Positions 12,449 through 25,568 of a stretch of 64,000 nucleotides of DNA are shown here, one piece after another; position 1 is the stretch's first letter, and each line of letters starts with the position of its first letter. The notes below the pieces were generated by a model that was not told where the DNA came from, did not search any database, and saw only the letters and a list, made by a program, of their open reading frames with translations. The DNA is from Octopus sinensis (Eukaryota), in assembly GCF_006345805.1 (NCBI RefSeq), contig NC_043000.1:52266001-52330000 (forward strand), read 5' to 3'. The position numbers were made by a program, and so were the translations under genes.

Positions 12449-15364
12449 AAAGTGTTGGTTCGGTGTAGTAGGATTCGAATACTGATTGTTTTATGTCATT
12501 TTAAATGGTGACTCGAGTCTTTCACTGTTAAATCCTGGTATACGTATGTATTCCTTCCCAAATTTGTAATTTTTAATTTCATTACTGCAAATTTCATGAA
12601 CTGTCTACTTTATGTTTCCTTTTATTTTGCCGTTGTGTTGTGTGCATTGATATTGAAGTTGTATAGTCTTTCAAGCTGTGTTACGGTAATGAGAAGAATC
12701 GGCGTAGACTGCTTAACTTGTAAATTATGTAATTCATTTGAAATTGTATTCCATGAATATTGTTAATAATAACTGTTTCTCCTTTATATTTTTACATTAC
12801 TTTGAAAACTACGTTTTGGATACGGTTTCTATTGATATGAACACATATACATAGTTAATTATTAAAACATGCAATAAACATATCTGATTTCCCCGTATGC
12901 CTATTTAACCAAATGTAGCAAAAATATGTTTTCTATATTAAAAGTCTTGTTCCTTTAGTACCATAAATATTCTAAAGTTGTACCACTGATTCAGTTATAT
13001 TACTAAATGTATATAATTTGAATGACATTAACAACAAAAGAGTTAAGGAATCTCTACTGGGAACAGGCACTGAATTAGTTTCCATTTTGGTGAACTGTTG
13101 TAGCTCTATCACGCTACGTTTCTGCTATAAAATTCAATTGTAATTTCTTATTAGTGCTTTATCTTTGACAAGGTTTCTCTGGCACTGATCAGATAAAATC
13201 GCGCTTGGTTTCCGGGCCATATATAATTTGATTATAATCACCATTTTCTTGGCATTCTTCCGAATATCTTTCCCTATTTTACTGTCTAGTTTAATCAAAC
13301 ATAATATTTTAAATTTGATTTCCAGCAACAGCGGTGAAATTAATAATCTAATTGATGTCACTTTGATCTTGACGGGGTTACGGCGTTGAGAAAACAATAA
13401 TGATGATGACTTTAGGACGTTAATATTGTTTCATATTTATTTACACACCCAACTACATAATATCACAATGATAAACTCTTGAATTAGTTTTGGAATATAA
13501 TGATGAATTATTTCATAGCGTTTCTCTTGTTCCTTTAATAGTAGGTAATTTTGCTAATCATATTTTGTGAAGCTTGTTGCTATGTCGTATACAAAATACA
13601 GGTATAAATTTCATCTAATAGAGAGCAATTTGTACGCTATTTATTGCTCATAAAAAGACTAGACTCATTAAAATATTTTCGTTTCAACTCATATAAATGC
13701 AAATAAATTACTAAACCCTCATTATGCATTACACAAATATTGTTCTTTATAGAGTGGCGAGATTGGCAAGGCCAGAAATATTTGTTATGAAGGCTACAGC
13801 AAAATTGAATTGAACATTATATGGCAAAATTTAAAGTGCATATAATGTGCATACCTTCTCAAAAACAATTATTTCTGCCTATATTCACAGAATTAGGCAT
13901 ATTTATATATTTGTATCCGGTGCTAGTTATAGGTGTCGAACATAGTTACAATTCCACAAATTTGGGACATAATCGTTTAGACTCAAGTTCCTGACCAGAA
14001 CATATTTCGTAGGATGAAAGGAGAATTTTGACACCAGCTTGGTGTGTATTAATAACGTAAGAAGATATAACTAAATATCACAAGCCATTATCCCTGTTAT
14101 TTTACGAAATCTACCAACTAGGACTTGCACAAAGGCTTCTCATATTCTGTTATATCAACCGGGTCGCAAGTTCATCAGCTGCCGTGCAACATTTTATTCA
14201 TCACTTTTATGAAAGTGCACGGTTCATCTCCTTATAGGTCGGTTTACAAACGATAACTTAAGTGGCTACGCAAGCAGGTTGTTTGGGAAGGCGATGAATG
14301 CTGGATCTCTCTAACACTAAGCATGTTTCCAGGCGAACACATCCTTAACATAGCTAAGACTGTTAGAGTCACAAGATAGTTCAACCCCCAACAGATATTA
14401 ACGTTTTACAAAGCTCAGTTAGATCCAAAATAGAGGACTGTTCAATCATCTCAAACGCGCACAAATCATATCCAAAGAAAAATTCCGCGATTGATTATAA
14501 GAAAAGGACTCAAAGACACGCACTAACCTCTATTGTATACACAAATTGTTTCGATGTACAACAATGGAATATGCACTTCAAAGATTTTTGGTCTTTCATC
14601 TCCTATTCCGAAATACTCTTGGCTTATTCGTTTCTCCTCATACCCTCATCAAATTTCGCTGTGTTCTATGAGCCGAGAATTCCCTCCAGTTGCAATTGTT
14701 GCATCCTGAGTATGTCTTTGTTGCAGTCGTAGGCTTTCAGTAGTTTTAACAAAGTATGAACAGCTTCAGTCTCAAAGTGTCAGTTGGCTTGCGTAAGCCA
14801 ATGAGAAATTGCCTTCATGACATGCTTTTAAATAAGAGTAAAAGCCATCCAATACGATCCTAGCACAAATTTAAGACAAAACGCTGAACAATCCCGGGTA
14901 TGTTTGTGTCAAAAAGGTACTGACAAAGAGCGTAATTCCTAAAACATTTGTTAACTGTTTCTTGCTGATGGGGCGACAGTGTAGATTCTTCTTCGAGACA
15001 CATTCTTTTCTCATTGATGCTCTTGGTATTTGCGTTATCTTCGATATTGACATTGTTGGCGACTACTGCTGCAATATTATTTTCATTTCATTTGATGTTT
15101 GTGGTATAGTGATAATGTTGTTGTGCAATATGATATTATTGCTCCTGTTTGTTTTATTGGTTTTTTTTTCAATCTTTTCTCCGATTAACAAGCGTGTTTC
15201 CACTCATATTATCCGTCCAATTCTATTGCTTCTTCCATCACCAGTTAACATCAAGTAACAACAAAGTCTACATGCTCAATAAAAGAACATTTTTGCATCC
15301 ACCGAATAGAAAAATATATTTCATAGTCTTGCAACTCTCGGTACAGCATATCAATGTTCAAAAA

Positions 15365-15530
<166 letters not shown>

Positions 15531-15534
15531 GAAT

Positions 15535-15670
15535 CCTTTCTACAGAATGGCACAAGTCCTGAAATTTGGTGGAGAGAGGACTAGTCGATTTCACCGTACT
15601 TAAGTTATTGACTCGAAAAGGATGAAAGGCGAAGTCGACCTCGGCGGAATTTGAACTCAAAGCGTATTAG
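15535..15670 (-). mobile_element. SINE family A fragment
   Basis: aaaggatgaaaggcgaagtcgacctcggcggaatttgaactc. Confidence 0.8.
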
Positions 15671-15747
15671 GAACAGCAACAACAACAATGATTTATTTTA
15701 AAAGTGGTAATAATACTAATTATTATAACATCTTATAAAAGATTATA

Positions 15748-16127
15748 AGTGGTTGTGTGGTAAAGGGCTTGCTTACCAACCACATGGTTCCGGGTTCAGT
15801 CCCACTGCGTGGCACCTTGGGAAAGTGCCTTCTACTATAGCCTCGGGAAGACCAAAGCTTGTGAGTGGATTTGGTGGATGGAAACTGAAAGATGAAAGAA
15901 GCCCATGCATATATGTATGTGTTTGTGTGTCTGTGTTTGTCTCCCTGCCTAACATCGCTTGAAAACCGATGTTGGTGTGTTTACGTCCCCGTAACTTAGC
16001 TGTTCGGCAAAAAGAAACCGATATAATAAATGCTATGCTTAAAAAGAATAAGTCCTTGGGTCGATTTGCTCGACTAAAGGCGGTGCTCCAGCATGGCCAC
16101 AGTCAAATGATTAAAAGTATAAAAGAG
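15748..16127 (+). mobile_element. tRNA-derived SINE, family B (internal microsatellite)
   Basis: gtggttgtgtggtaa...ggttccgggttcagtccc head, ggcaccttgggaaagtg, and the 3' half ending gcggtgctccagcatggccacagtcaaatga. Homologous to 48501-48926. Confidence 0.88.
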
Positions 16128-16384
16128 TACATGTATACATACGTTTATTAATGAATGTCTATGTATATATGTATATGTATATATATATGTTTTGTCTTTA
16201 ATTTAAGTTTCCGAAAAAGTTCAGGCTGATTGCTAATAAAGCAAGAAGACATTCTCAGTTAAGAGAGTTCCCGGTTTTTGTAAACATGTAGTTGGTTTGG
16301 TCTGCTGTTTGAACTGTCGATGCATACACCCAAGTGTGTGCATATATTCACATAAGAATCTCACGTGGAGAATTTTGGAATCCC

Positions 16385-16690
16385 TTACATATTTTCACTC
16401 TACCACTAATGATTGGATTTGGAGAATTTACAAGAGTTCTTTTTGCTCTTTTTCCGGGAAGCTAGTATTTCAAGGTACTTGTGCGAGTTTGTTGGTACAT
16501 CACCTAATGCACCTATGATGATAGGTACAAATGAGAATTCATAGTCAGAGTACAAGAACTGTAAGTCACGCATTAATTCGCCATAGATGTTCCTCTCTTT
16601 CCTAGGCTTTTGATCAAAATCTACTGGGAAGCTGACCTCTACAATAGTGCATGACTCTTGTTCCTAATTCCGCATAACAATATCAGAAAA
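16385..16690 (-). mobile_element. RLE-type LINE 3' fragment (same family as 27290-27910)
   Basis: The minus strand reads DIVM..CTIVEVSFPVD..IYGELMRDLQFLYSDYEFSFVPIIIGALG. Confidence 0.8.
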
Positions 16691-16762
16691 TATATCATCT
16701 TCTTATTTATATCGTATAATACATATGAATATATGTATGTATAGAATACGCATATATGAGTG

Positions 16763-16822
<60 letters not shown>

Positions 16823-17247
16823 TATATATATATATAAAATATAAACGAGTGAGAGTGCGATGTGAGATGTGTCTCTGCTGGTTTATATGTATAGATGCCT
16901 CGATGTGAAACTTCAAGCAACTTCCGATGGAAATATTTTGCTTTCGAAAAACAAAAAAGAAGAAAAAGACGTTTGCATAATTCTGTAATTAAGCGACCAA
17001 AAGATCAATAATGTTTTCCATTAATATCAGGAAAAACTTGTATCGACACAATTGATTCACCAATCTACCACTAAAGGCTTCATGAATTTCAGACGTATGT
17101 TTTCCTGTTCTTCGTTACATCTGTGACCAATATAGGACATTGCACTCATATATGCTGGCGTATAGGGTGAGACTGGTTAGGGAAAAACAAATGGTTACTT
17201 GTAAAAATATGAAATATACTCTTTGTAATTAGTTGAATGTAGTTAGA

Positions 17248-17613
17248 GTAGCAGTATCGCCCGGCGTTGCTCAGTTTTGTAAGGGAAATAACTATAAGCA
17301 TTTTTAGAGAGTTATAGCCAAAAAATGAAAAAATGATGGTAAATTTTTTTTTGAGATTTAAAAAGGTGGAGTTTGCGTCCCCTAGACAGTTTGTGGTTTG
17401 TGTTCTGATTCTCGACCCCATGTCGAATTTATCGATTTTTTTCAGAACTGGTGAACTTTTCAAATTTTTCGCTGCGTTAGTTTTGATTATGACATTGGGC
17501 TATGTGTGTGTCAAGTTTCATCAAAATCGGTTGAAAGCCGTGGTCAGGGTGAGGGTACGAGAAAACAGACACACAGAAACACGCACAGACAAACTGCCGT
17601 TTATATATGGAGA
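17248..17613 (-). mobile_element. Non-autonomous Helitron-like element
   Basis: On the minus strand it starts TC(tccatatataaacggcag) followed by a ctgt-type microsatellite and ends in the GC-rich gagcaacgccgggcgatactgctac (CTAG-like end). Confidence 0.65.
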
Positions 17614-17783
17614 ATATATAATAATGCATTCATTATCACGTATATTCATACATTATGCATATATAAATGCATAGGTAGGCACGAAATTTGAGATACGACA
17701 TATATGAGCATATAGGAAGCTACGAGTACGTGATACATTTGAACAGACACATCGATTACAGTAAAACACATCTATATTCATGC

Positions 17784-17873
<90 letters not shown>

Positions 17874-17879
17874 CGTGTG

Positions 17880-17975
<96 letters not shown>

Positions 17976-18314
17976 ATTACACACTCCAAATATATATGAT
18001 TGTTATTATCAAAGAGAGTGGAATGAGTAAATTGTGTTATTACATGCATTTACAACTGTTTCACTTGCAAATTTACATATTTTATCGACCCACAAAAGAT
18101 GAAAGCAACTCAATCTTGGCGGAATATGAATTCCGAAATTAAAGACTGTAAAAATGCCGCTAAGCACTTTGCCCGGCCAGCTCGCTGCCTTCTTGTTAAT
18201 AATTATATTAATTCTCTGAACATTACGGATTTTTGGAAATAGGATCTGTAAAATATGGACCTCATAAGCATATCCGATAACCTGTACCCGTTGCAGACAT
18301 TAAAAGAATATATC

Positions 18315-18346
<32 letters not shown>

Positions 18347-18806
18347 ATATATATATGTAAAAATGGATTTCACTAGATTCTTTATCCGAATCCATTCTTC
18401 TTGCATATCACATTTATTTGTGAATGATTTGTTTTGTTTTGATAGCGCTATCTATGTTTGTCCATTTTGCTCTTTTGAGTCCATGAATGTTTCATGTTTT
18501 TATTCATCTATGTTTTTATGGGTATATTTAATTGTACTAGTTTTTTTTATGAGTTTTTGCCCTTGTATATATTCGTGGGCTATTCCCAGAAGCTTCCTAC
18601 TCTGGCGCTGCCAAGACTGAGTGATATCAATGTTAAAAGCGCGAAGGCACTAAGATGTCTTGGACATTGATTGATAAAGAGTCAGCCGCGAATTTTCCCT
18701 GTATTATGACTTTGTCTAATTTTCCGTTTGCTATGGTTTTTTAAATTTTCCATTTGTCATCTTTTCGTAAAATTTTTCCCTATGTTGTGTTCTTTCTATT
18801 CAACCC

Positions 18807-18861
<55 letters not shown>

Positions 18862-19029
18862 ACAATTTAATAAATAAAACATATGCATACATACAAACGA
18901 TAAGGGCTTTTTAAATCTAGACAGTGGAAAAATTCATTTGAACGCATTGAAAAAACGGCTTACGAAGACAGGAGAAGCCGTTGTTGAAGGCAGTAGTCAG
19001 AAAGAAAGTTAGCAGCCCTTTGGTCTGCG

Positions 19030-19380
19030 ACTGTTTCTCCTTGTCTTGTCTTTTACTGTTTTTATCTTTATTTGTACTGTTTTTATCTTTATTTGTATTG
19101 CTTTTACTGTCCTGTTCTTGTCACTTTTTTACCCCTCAGCAAGAAAGTCCCAAATTTTATTCAATTTGCTTTGCGGGAAGGATTGTTTCAACGGAGTCGT
19201 GTCCTGCCCTTACCTTTGAAACAAGCAATAAGTCGAAACAGGGGCAGCTGAAGAAGGGGAATGTTCTTTGTCTTGTATGTCTTGTAATCTGAATTTTCGT
19301 TGTTAAAAAAAGGCCGTTTCCATGTTTGGTTTTTATGTTTTCGTTTCTCGTGTTCTACGTTTTTTTTTGCGTCCTGTACA
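19030..19380 (+). repeat. Diverged member of an unclassified repeat family of about 400 bp (see 31424 and 45865)
   Basis: Shares cccaaattttatt..atttgctttgcggga, ctgaagaagggg and the terminal cgtcctgtac next to a TA-rich tract. Confidence 0.6.
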
Positions 19381-19519
19381 CATATATGCATGTATATATA
19401 CATATAGATGTAGGCATGTACATATATGTATGTATGCATATGTTTTATTTATTAAATTGTTATTATATGATTGAATGCCACGTGTCCTCTTCCAAGTAAG
19501 TTATATATATATATATATA

Positions 19520-22315
19520 ATAAATATTAGGGAATAAATCCAAATTTACAGGGAAAAAAAATCAGATTTAAGATTAAATCCAATTTTATAGTAAAATATT
19601 ATATAATATTAATTAGAGACAAAACCACTATTTTGCAAAACAAACAAGGAAATACTTAATCAATACATAAAATTTTAATAAAAAGTAAAAAAAACCGCCA
19701 CTACAATTGTTTCTTGTCCTGATCGACAATCTTCAGGTGGACTTCCAATCTAAAATATCAATATTTTAAAATATAAAAAATAATAATTTTAAAATAATTA
19801 AAGTATCAATGAAAAAATATAAATATATAATCTCTATATAAACCTATATATAATCCTATATATCAATATATAAACAATATATAAACTAAAATAAACCTAT
19901 CAACAATTAAATATAAAACAAAAAATAAAAATAAACTATATATACACCCATACACATATAACTAATTATATATAACCATATCTAAATACATACACTAAAT
20001 CACACACCTATATATATATCCCTATACCTACACATAAAAACATCTAGGCAACGATAAATAAATAAAATAGCCAAATATTTCAACACAATACTTATTCATA
20101 CTCCCTCACACACACATACAACCCACATTCATAAACAATATACGTATACCCGCTCACACATACATATACAAACATACAAAACTCGATATATACACCAATA
20201 TATTCACACCCACAACTATACAGATAAATAAATTACGCAAATAATCCCCCCACACACACACACCCATTCACACATACATAAACACTCAAAAGCAAAATAA
20301 AGAATTCTTTGCACTTGTTGATCGAACGTTTTATTTAAAAATTATAAATGGAATAATATATAATCAACTTAAATATACAGAATCTACTACAAAACACCAA
20401 TAAACGATCATGATAAATGAAACCCACATACATATTATGATAAAACTCCCCCTACCATACACAATTACACCTATATAGCAAACCCATATACGCATTCACA
20501 CACAAATATACATACGTGAAACACACACACACAACATATACGTATACCCCCTCACATATACATATACATACCTACTAAACTCGACATATACAACAATATT
20601 CTCACACCCACACTCATACAGATAAATAAATTACACAACCAAAATACACACACACACACACATTCCCACATACATAAACACTCAAAAGAAAAACAACATT
20701 ACTACACATAATACGATATATAAAATACTTCATAAGTAACCAGAATATCAAAAGTAACAAGATTAACATAATGAGAAAAAATATACATACTTTCAAGTCA
20801 GTTTCAAATTATGAAGTGAAATTAATTCTATCCGTTAAAAACGTCAAACAAAATTACGTTACCATAGGAACCTAACATATGTATAAAAAGTATTCCCGCT
20901 CTGGAAACGAACATCATTTAAAATTATGAATGGAGAAATGGAATAAATGGAATTAAAAATTTATTCACGTGGTAAACGAATATTACTTAAAAATTATGAA
21001 TGAAATAATGTAATAAAATAACAAACATCGTAAATAGACATAAATTACTACGAATTCTTTAATAAAACTACCATGATAAACTAAAACACATAAAAACATA
21101 TAATGATAAAATCTCCCTTTACTAAACTCTATAACATACCTATATAGCAATCCCCCTAACCTAAACATTCACACACAAATACACACACGTAAACCACACA
21201 CCCACGACATATACAAATACCCACCTCACTCACACATACCTATACATACGTATAAACCTCAATATATACACCAAAAACCCACTCCCACCCCACACAGATA
21301 AATGAACACATACATCCCCAAACCTCATTTAAAATTATGAATGGAGAAATAGAATAAATGGAATTAAAAATTATATTCACGCGGTAAATGAACATTACTT
21401 AAAAATTATGAATGGAATAATGTAATATCATAAAAAGACATAAATTACTACGAATTCTTTAATAAAACTACCATGATAAATTAAAACTCATAAAAACATA
21501 AATGATAAAACCTCCCTTTACTAAACTCTATAACATACCTATATAGCAATCCCTTTAACCTATACATTCACACACAAATACACACACGTAAACCACACAC
21601 CCATGACAAATACAAATACCCACCTCAGTCACACATACCTATAAGTACATATAAACCTCAACATATACACCAAAAAACCACTCCCACCCCACACGGACAA
21701 ATAAACACATACATCCCCAAAAATGGGCGCAATCCCACGCACACCAATCATACATGTATACAATTGCACACACAAGAACAATACATAACTAACCCAAATA
21801 TACAGAACATACCACAAATCACCAACAAACCACCATGACAAATGAAACCCACACCCATACAATGACAAAACTCCCCCTCCATACACAATTACGCCCACAT
21901 AGCAATCCCCATATATACATCCACACACAAACACACATACGCAAAACACACACAAACAACACATACGTACACCCCCCACACACACCCATATACATACGTA
22001 CCAAACTCGACATCCACAACAATACGCTCACACCCACTCACACACAGATAAACAAACTACACAACCAAAAAACGCACACACACACGTGTGCTTATTTTAG
22101 TTGTGCAATTCACCCATCTGCATGAGTGCGGGCGCGAACACACCGTTGCACATATCGAGACCAGCAAGCATGCACATGTACATGTGAGGGGGTACACGCA
22201 CATGCCGTGCGCGTATGCCCCAAGAATTGTAGTGGCGGTTTTGACTTTTTATTAAAATTTTATGTATTGATTAAGTTTCCTTGTTTGTTTTGCAAAATAG
22301 TGGTTTTGTCTCTAA

Positions 22316-22327
<12 letters not shown>
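19520..22327 (-). mobile_element. Non-coding Penelope-like element with internal GT-rich tandem units of about 400 bp, a hammerhead and an inverted terminal copy
   Basis: The hammerhead is near the 3' end. 22225-22327 is an inverted near-identical copy of 19600-19709. There are (TA)n tracts at both ends and five diverged internal units. Confidence 0.6.
19698..19740 (-). ncRNA. Intact canonical minimal type-I hammerhead ribozyme
   Basis: CCAC-CUGAAGA-UUGUC(GAUCAG)GACAA-GAAA-CAAUUG-UA|GUGG. All core nucleotides are present, with a 4-bp stem I, a 5-bp stem II, a palindromic ACAAUUGU stem III and a GUA cleavage triplet. Confidence 0.88.
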
Positions 22328-22357
<30 letters not shown>

Positions 22358-22399
22358 TATATAATATATGTATGTGTGTTGTGTGTGTGTGTGTGTGTA

Positions 22400-23395
22400 A
22401 CTGTTATTAGCGACGGAAGCAGCATTAGTTAAAAATATCGTTTCGTATTCGAGACAACGAATGAGTAAAGAAACTCTCTTTATTGCAAAATACAAGCCAC
22501 TTCTTAACGGGTCTACGACAAACAATTAATATACCTCAACTTTAGAATAAAAGAAATATTCACACACAAATATTACATTCCAAAGAATCCATTACTAATC
22601 ACAGCTAAAATCACAGCTATAATCCATAACATACCAACTTCAAGTCATACAACACCTCACTACTTTAACCCATTCATATTCTCCCTTCTCTGTTTTTTTC
22701 TTCTTCTTCTTCCTCTTCTTCTTCATCATCATCATTATCATCATCATCGTCGTCATAATCATCACCACCATCACCATCATCGTCATCTTCTCCTTCTCCT
22801 TCTTCTTCTTCTTCTTCTTCTTCTTCATCATCATCATCAACATCGTCATCTTCTTCTTCTTCTTCTGCTTCTCCTTCTTCTTCTTCTTCTTCTTCTTCTC
22901 CTTCTTCTTCTTCTTCTTCTTCTTCTTTTTCTTCTTCTTCTACTTCTCCACCTCCTACCCCTTAACTTTGTCACTAATGTCTTTTAGTATAACACCTACG
23001 CAAATTCTATAAACAAGCCTGTCAATATAAATATTCTCCTGAATTGAACTGAGACTGCCAGCCGCCACTGACCATTCAAAATACGACCATCAGGGCACTC
23101 CCAGATTCTCCCACCCCCTTTCCTCACCAGTCTTCTTCCTCTACTACCCTACCAAGAACTCACAACGACCTCCAACTCACAAGTGCAAACAAAGGAGTCA
23201 GAGAAAGGCAGAATGCCACTTAAATCTGAACACTACTATCGAAATATTCTTTTAAAAAAACTTTTCTTCTAATTTTTCTAAATTTAATTATTTAATCGTT
23301 ACAGTTGAAAAGGTCTCAAAATGACCGAAACCGGTACTGAAATGTTCACTATAAAATTATTTTAGCATTTTCTATTTTTGACTTGTTTTTTCATA
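22400..23395 (+). mobile_element. Penelope-like element 3' end (GIY-YIG C-terminus plus pLTR with hammerhead)
   Basis: 22437-22529 encodes ..RQRMSKETLFIAKYKPLLN..* (the R..E..FI..Y.P.LN terminus), followed by a pyrimidine-rich UTR, a hammerhead and (TA)n. Confidence 0.75.
23297..23344 (+). ncRNA. Minimal type-I hammerhead, U3:A8 core variant
   Basis: CGUUACAG-UUGAAAA-GGUC(UCAAAAU)GACC-GAAA-CCGG-UA|CUGAAAUG. Stem I pairs at 7 of 8 positions and stem III is the palindromic ACCGGU. Confidence 0.82.
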
Positions 23396-23426
23396 TATAT
23401 CAACTCGTGTGTTCCTTTTCACCCTT

Positions 23427-23462
<36 letters not shown>

Positions 23463-23589
23463 GTAAGTATGTATATATACGTATGCATGTATATATGCTT
23501 GTTTGCTTGTATGTGTATATGTGTATGTATGTTGTGTGGGGGGCATATATATATATATATATATATCTATATATATATATATATATATA

Positions 23590-23927
23590 TAGATGGAAAA
23601 AAGTCAAGTGAGAAAATGCTAAAATAATATTATAAAAAAGATTTCAGTACCGGTTTCAGTCATTAAAGACTTTTTCAACTCTAAGTATGGGAAACAATTA
23701 AATTTTGGAAAAATTAAAAGAAAAGTTTCTTCAAAAGAATATTTGCATAGTGTTCAAATACAGGTGTCATCTTCCTTGTTTCTGCCTGCCTCTCTCTCTC
23801 TTTGTGTTTACTCTTGTGGGTTGGAGGTCGTTGTGAATTTTTGGTAGGGAAGAAGAAGAAGAAGAAGAAGTAGAAGAAGAAGAAGAAGAAGAAGAAGAAG
23901 AAGAAGAAGAAGAAGAAGAAGAAGAAG

Positions 23928-23959
<32 letters not shown>

Positions 23960-24200
23960 TGTGGGAGTGCCATGACAGTAGTATGTTGAATGGTCAGCTG
24001 CCCCGAAAATAACCCGTTGTGTTATTATAGACAGCAATAGTGGTAAAGTTAGGAAGGAGGAGGACGAAGAAGACAAAGAAGAAGAAGAAGAAAAAAGAGA
24101 AGGAAGAATAAGAAGGAATGTAGGTAGTATGAAGTAGTAAGGTTTTAAATGTTGAAATGACTTAAAATTGGCATGTTATGGATTATAGCAGTGATTGGGA
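23590..24200 (-). mobile_element. Inverted second copy of the same Penelope-like 3' region
   Basis: The reverse complement aligns with 22595-23395 (aatcac.gctataatccataacat, ctgaccattcaa, ctcacaacgacctccaac, aaatattctttt, hammerhead, ttattttagcattttct). Confidence 0.8.
23641..23684 (-). ncRNA. Minimal type-I hammerhead, U3:A8 variant, second copy
   Basis: UUAGAG-UUGAAAA-AGUC(UUUAAU)GACU-GAAA-CCGG-UA|CUGAAAU. The stem II closing pair is A-U here versus G-C in the first copy, and stem I is partly degraded. Confidence 0.75.
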
Positions 24201-24742
24201 CTGCGTGAGTGAGTGAGTGAGAGAGAGAGAGAGATAGAGAGAGAGAGAGGGCGCTCGCGCGTGTGTGTGTGTGTATCTGTGTGTCTGTGTGTCTGTGCGC
24301 GTGTATTTTTGAATGCAGCAGTTCCAAGAATATTACCCTTGGACAACCCAAAAGCACTTTGATTCAGAAGATGCAAACACAGTCACCACATATGACAGCT
24401 ACGATGCTGAAAGATTCCATTAAGCAAATATTTGGAGACATGCAGAGGAGATACTTTTAAATAATTTACTTTCTTTAAAATATAGAAATATTTTATGGAA
24501 AACTTCAAAGAAATAGTAAATTTAGAACAAATATATTAAATCCAATATTTCCTTAACTATTATTCTTGTATCTTATTAGATAAAATTAATACGATATATT
24601 AACATATGATAATATTAATAAGTCAATACTGTATTGACTTATAAAAGCATTTAATATACTTTGCAGTATACTATCGTTGCATAACAAATAGTGTGTACGA
24701 ACAGGTCATGTATATATATATATATATTATATATATATGTAG

Positions 24743-24782
<40 letters not shown>

Positions 24783-24826
24783 ATATATATTATATATATA
24801 TATAATGTAGTATATTATATATATAT

Positions 24827-24858
<32 letters not shown>

Positions 24859-24859
24859 G

Positions 24860-24896
<37 letters not shown>

Positions 24897-25299
24897 CTAC
24901 CATGATAATATTAATACATTCGATAACGTTAACATATTAATTTCTACACAGACTTAAATTTGTAAGCCACAATATTGTTCTGCTATTTTATACGATAATA
25001 TTAATACGATACATTAATATATGATAATATTAATGTATACGATAATGTTACAGTATTCTTATCTGCACAGGCTTAAATTTGTAAATCAGAGTAATTTTCA
25101 CCTTCTGTTTACATGAAATTAAATCTCAAATTCTATATAGTGACGCTGATAACCCGTTGCAACAAAAACTTTCGGCAGTTGCAACAGTAATCTCTTCTTA
25201 CCGATACTATGATAATCTCTTGTTACTAAATCTATGACGCTTTTTATTTTCCTGATGATACTTAATATAAAACAGGAAAGCTGTAGCAAAATCTTTTTA

Positions 25300-25520
25300 T
25301 CTTTTATCGTTTTCTTCTTTCTGTCATTAGACTGCGGCCATGCTGAAGTACCACCTTGAAGAAACTTAGTCGAACGAATCAAGCTGGGTACTTGATTTTT
25401 AAGCCTGGTACTCATTCTATCGGTTATTTTTGCCGAGCCGACATATTACGGGTACGTATACATACTAATACCGGTCCTCAAACGGTAGTGGAGACAAACA
25501 TAGACAAAAAGGCACACACA
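25300..25520 (-). mobile_element. SINE family B 3' half
   Basis: tcattagactgcggccatgctgaagtaccacc...ttctatcggttatttttgccgagcc. Confidence 0.75.
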
Positions 25521-25568
25521 CACACAGAAGTACGCAGACTGAGAGACAGACAGATACACACACATAAG

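Noticed and set aside
13130-15050. Coding-like minus-strand fragments (for example HWLTQAN..AVHTLLKLLKAY), possibly a decayed DNA transposase
   Set aside because: Multiple stops and no motif I can assign confidently without a profile search.
14962-15258. Hydrophobic membrane-protein-like ORF
   Set aside because: Decayed GAT/GTT/ATT simple-repeat composition.
18640-18720. TTGATAA...GCGAATT as another U3:A8 hammerhead
   Set aside because: No pairing stem II, no GAAA and no stem I.
25207-25280. Possible terminal exon FLFYIKYHQENKKRHRFSNKRLS* (minus)
   Set aside because: The acceptor lacks a polypyrimidine tract and abuts a SINE tail, and no partner exons were found.
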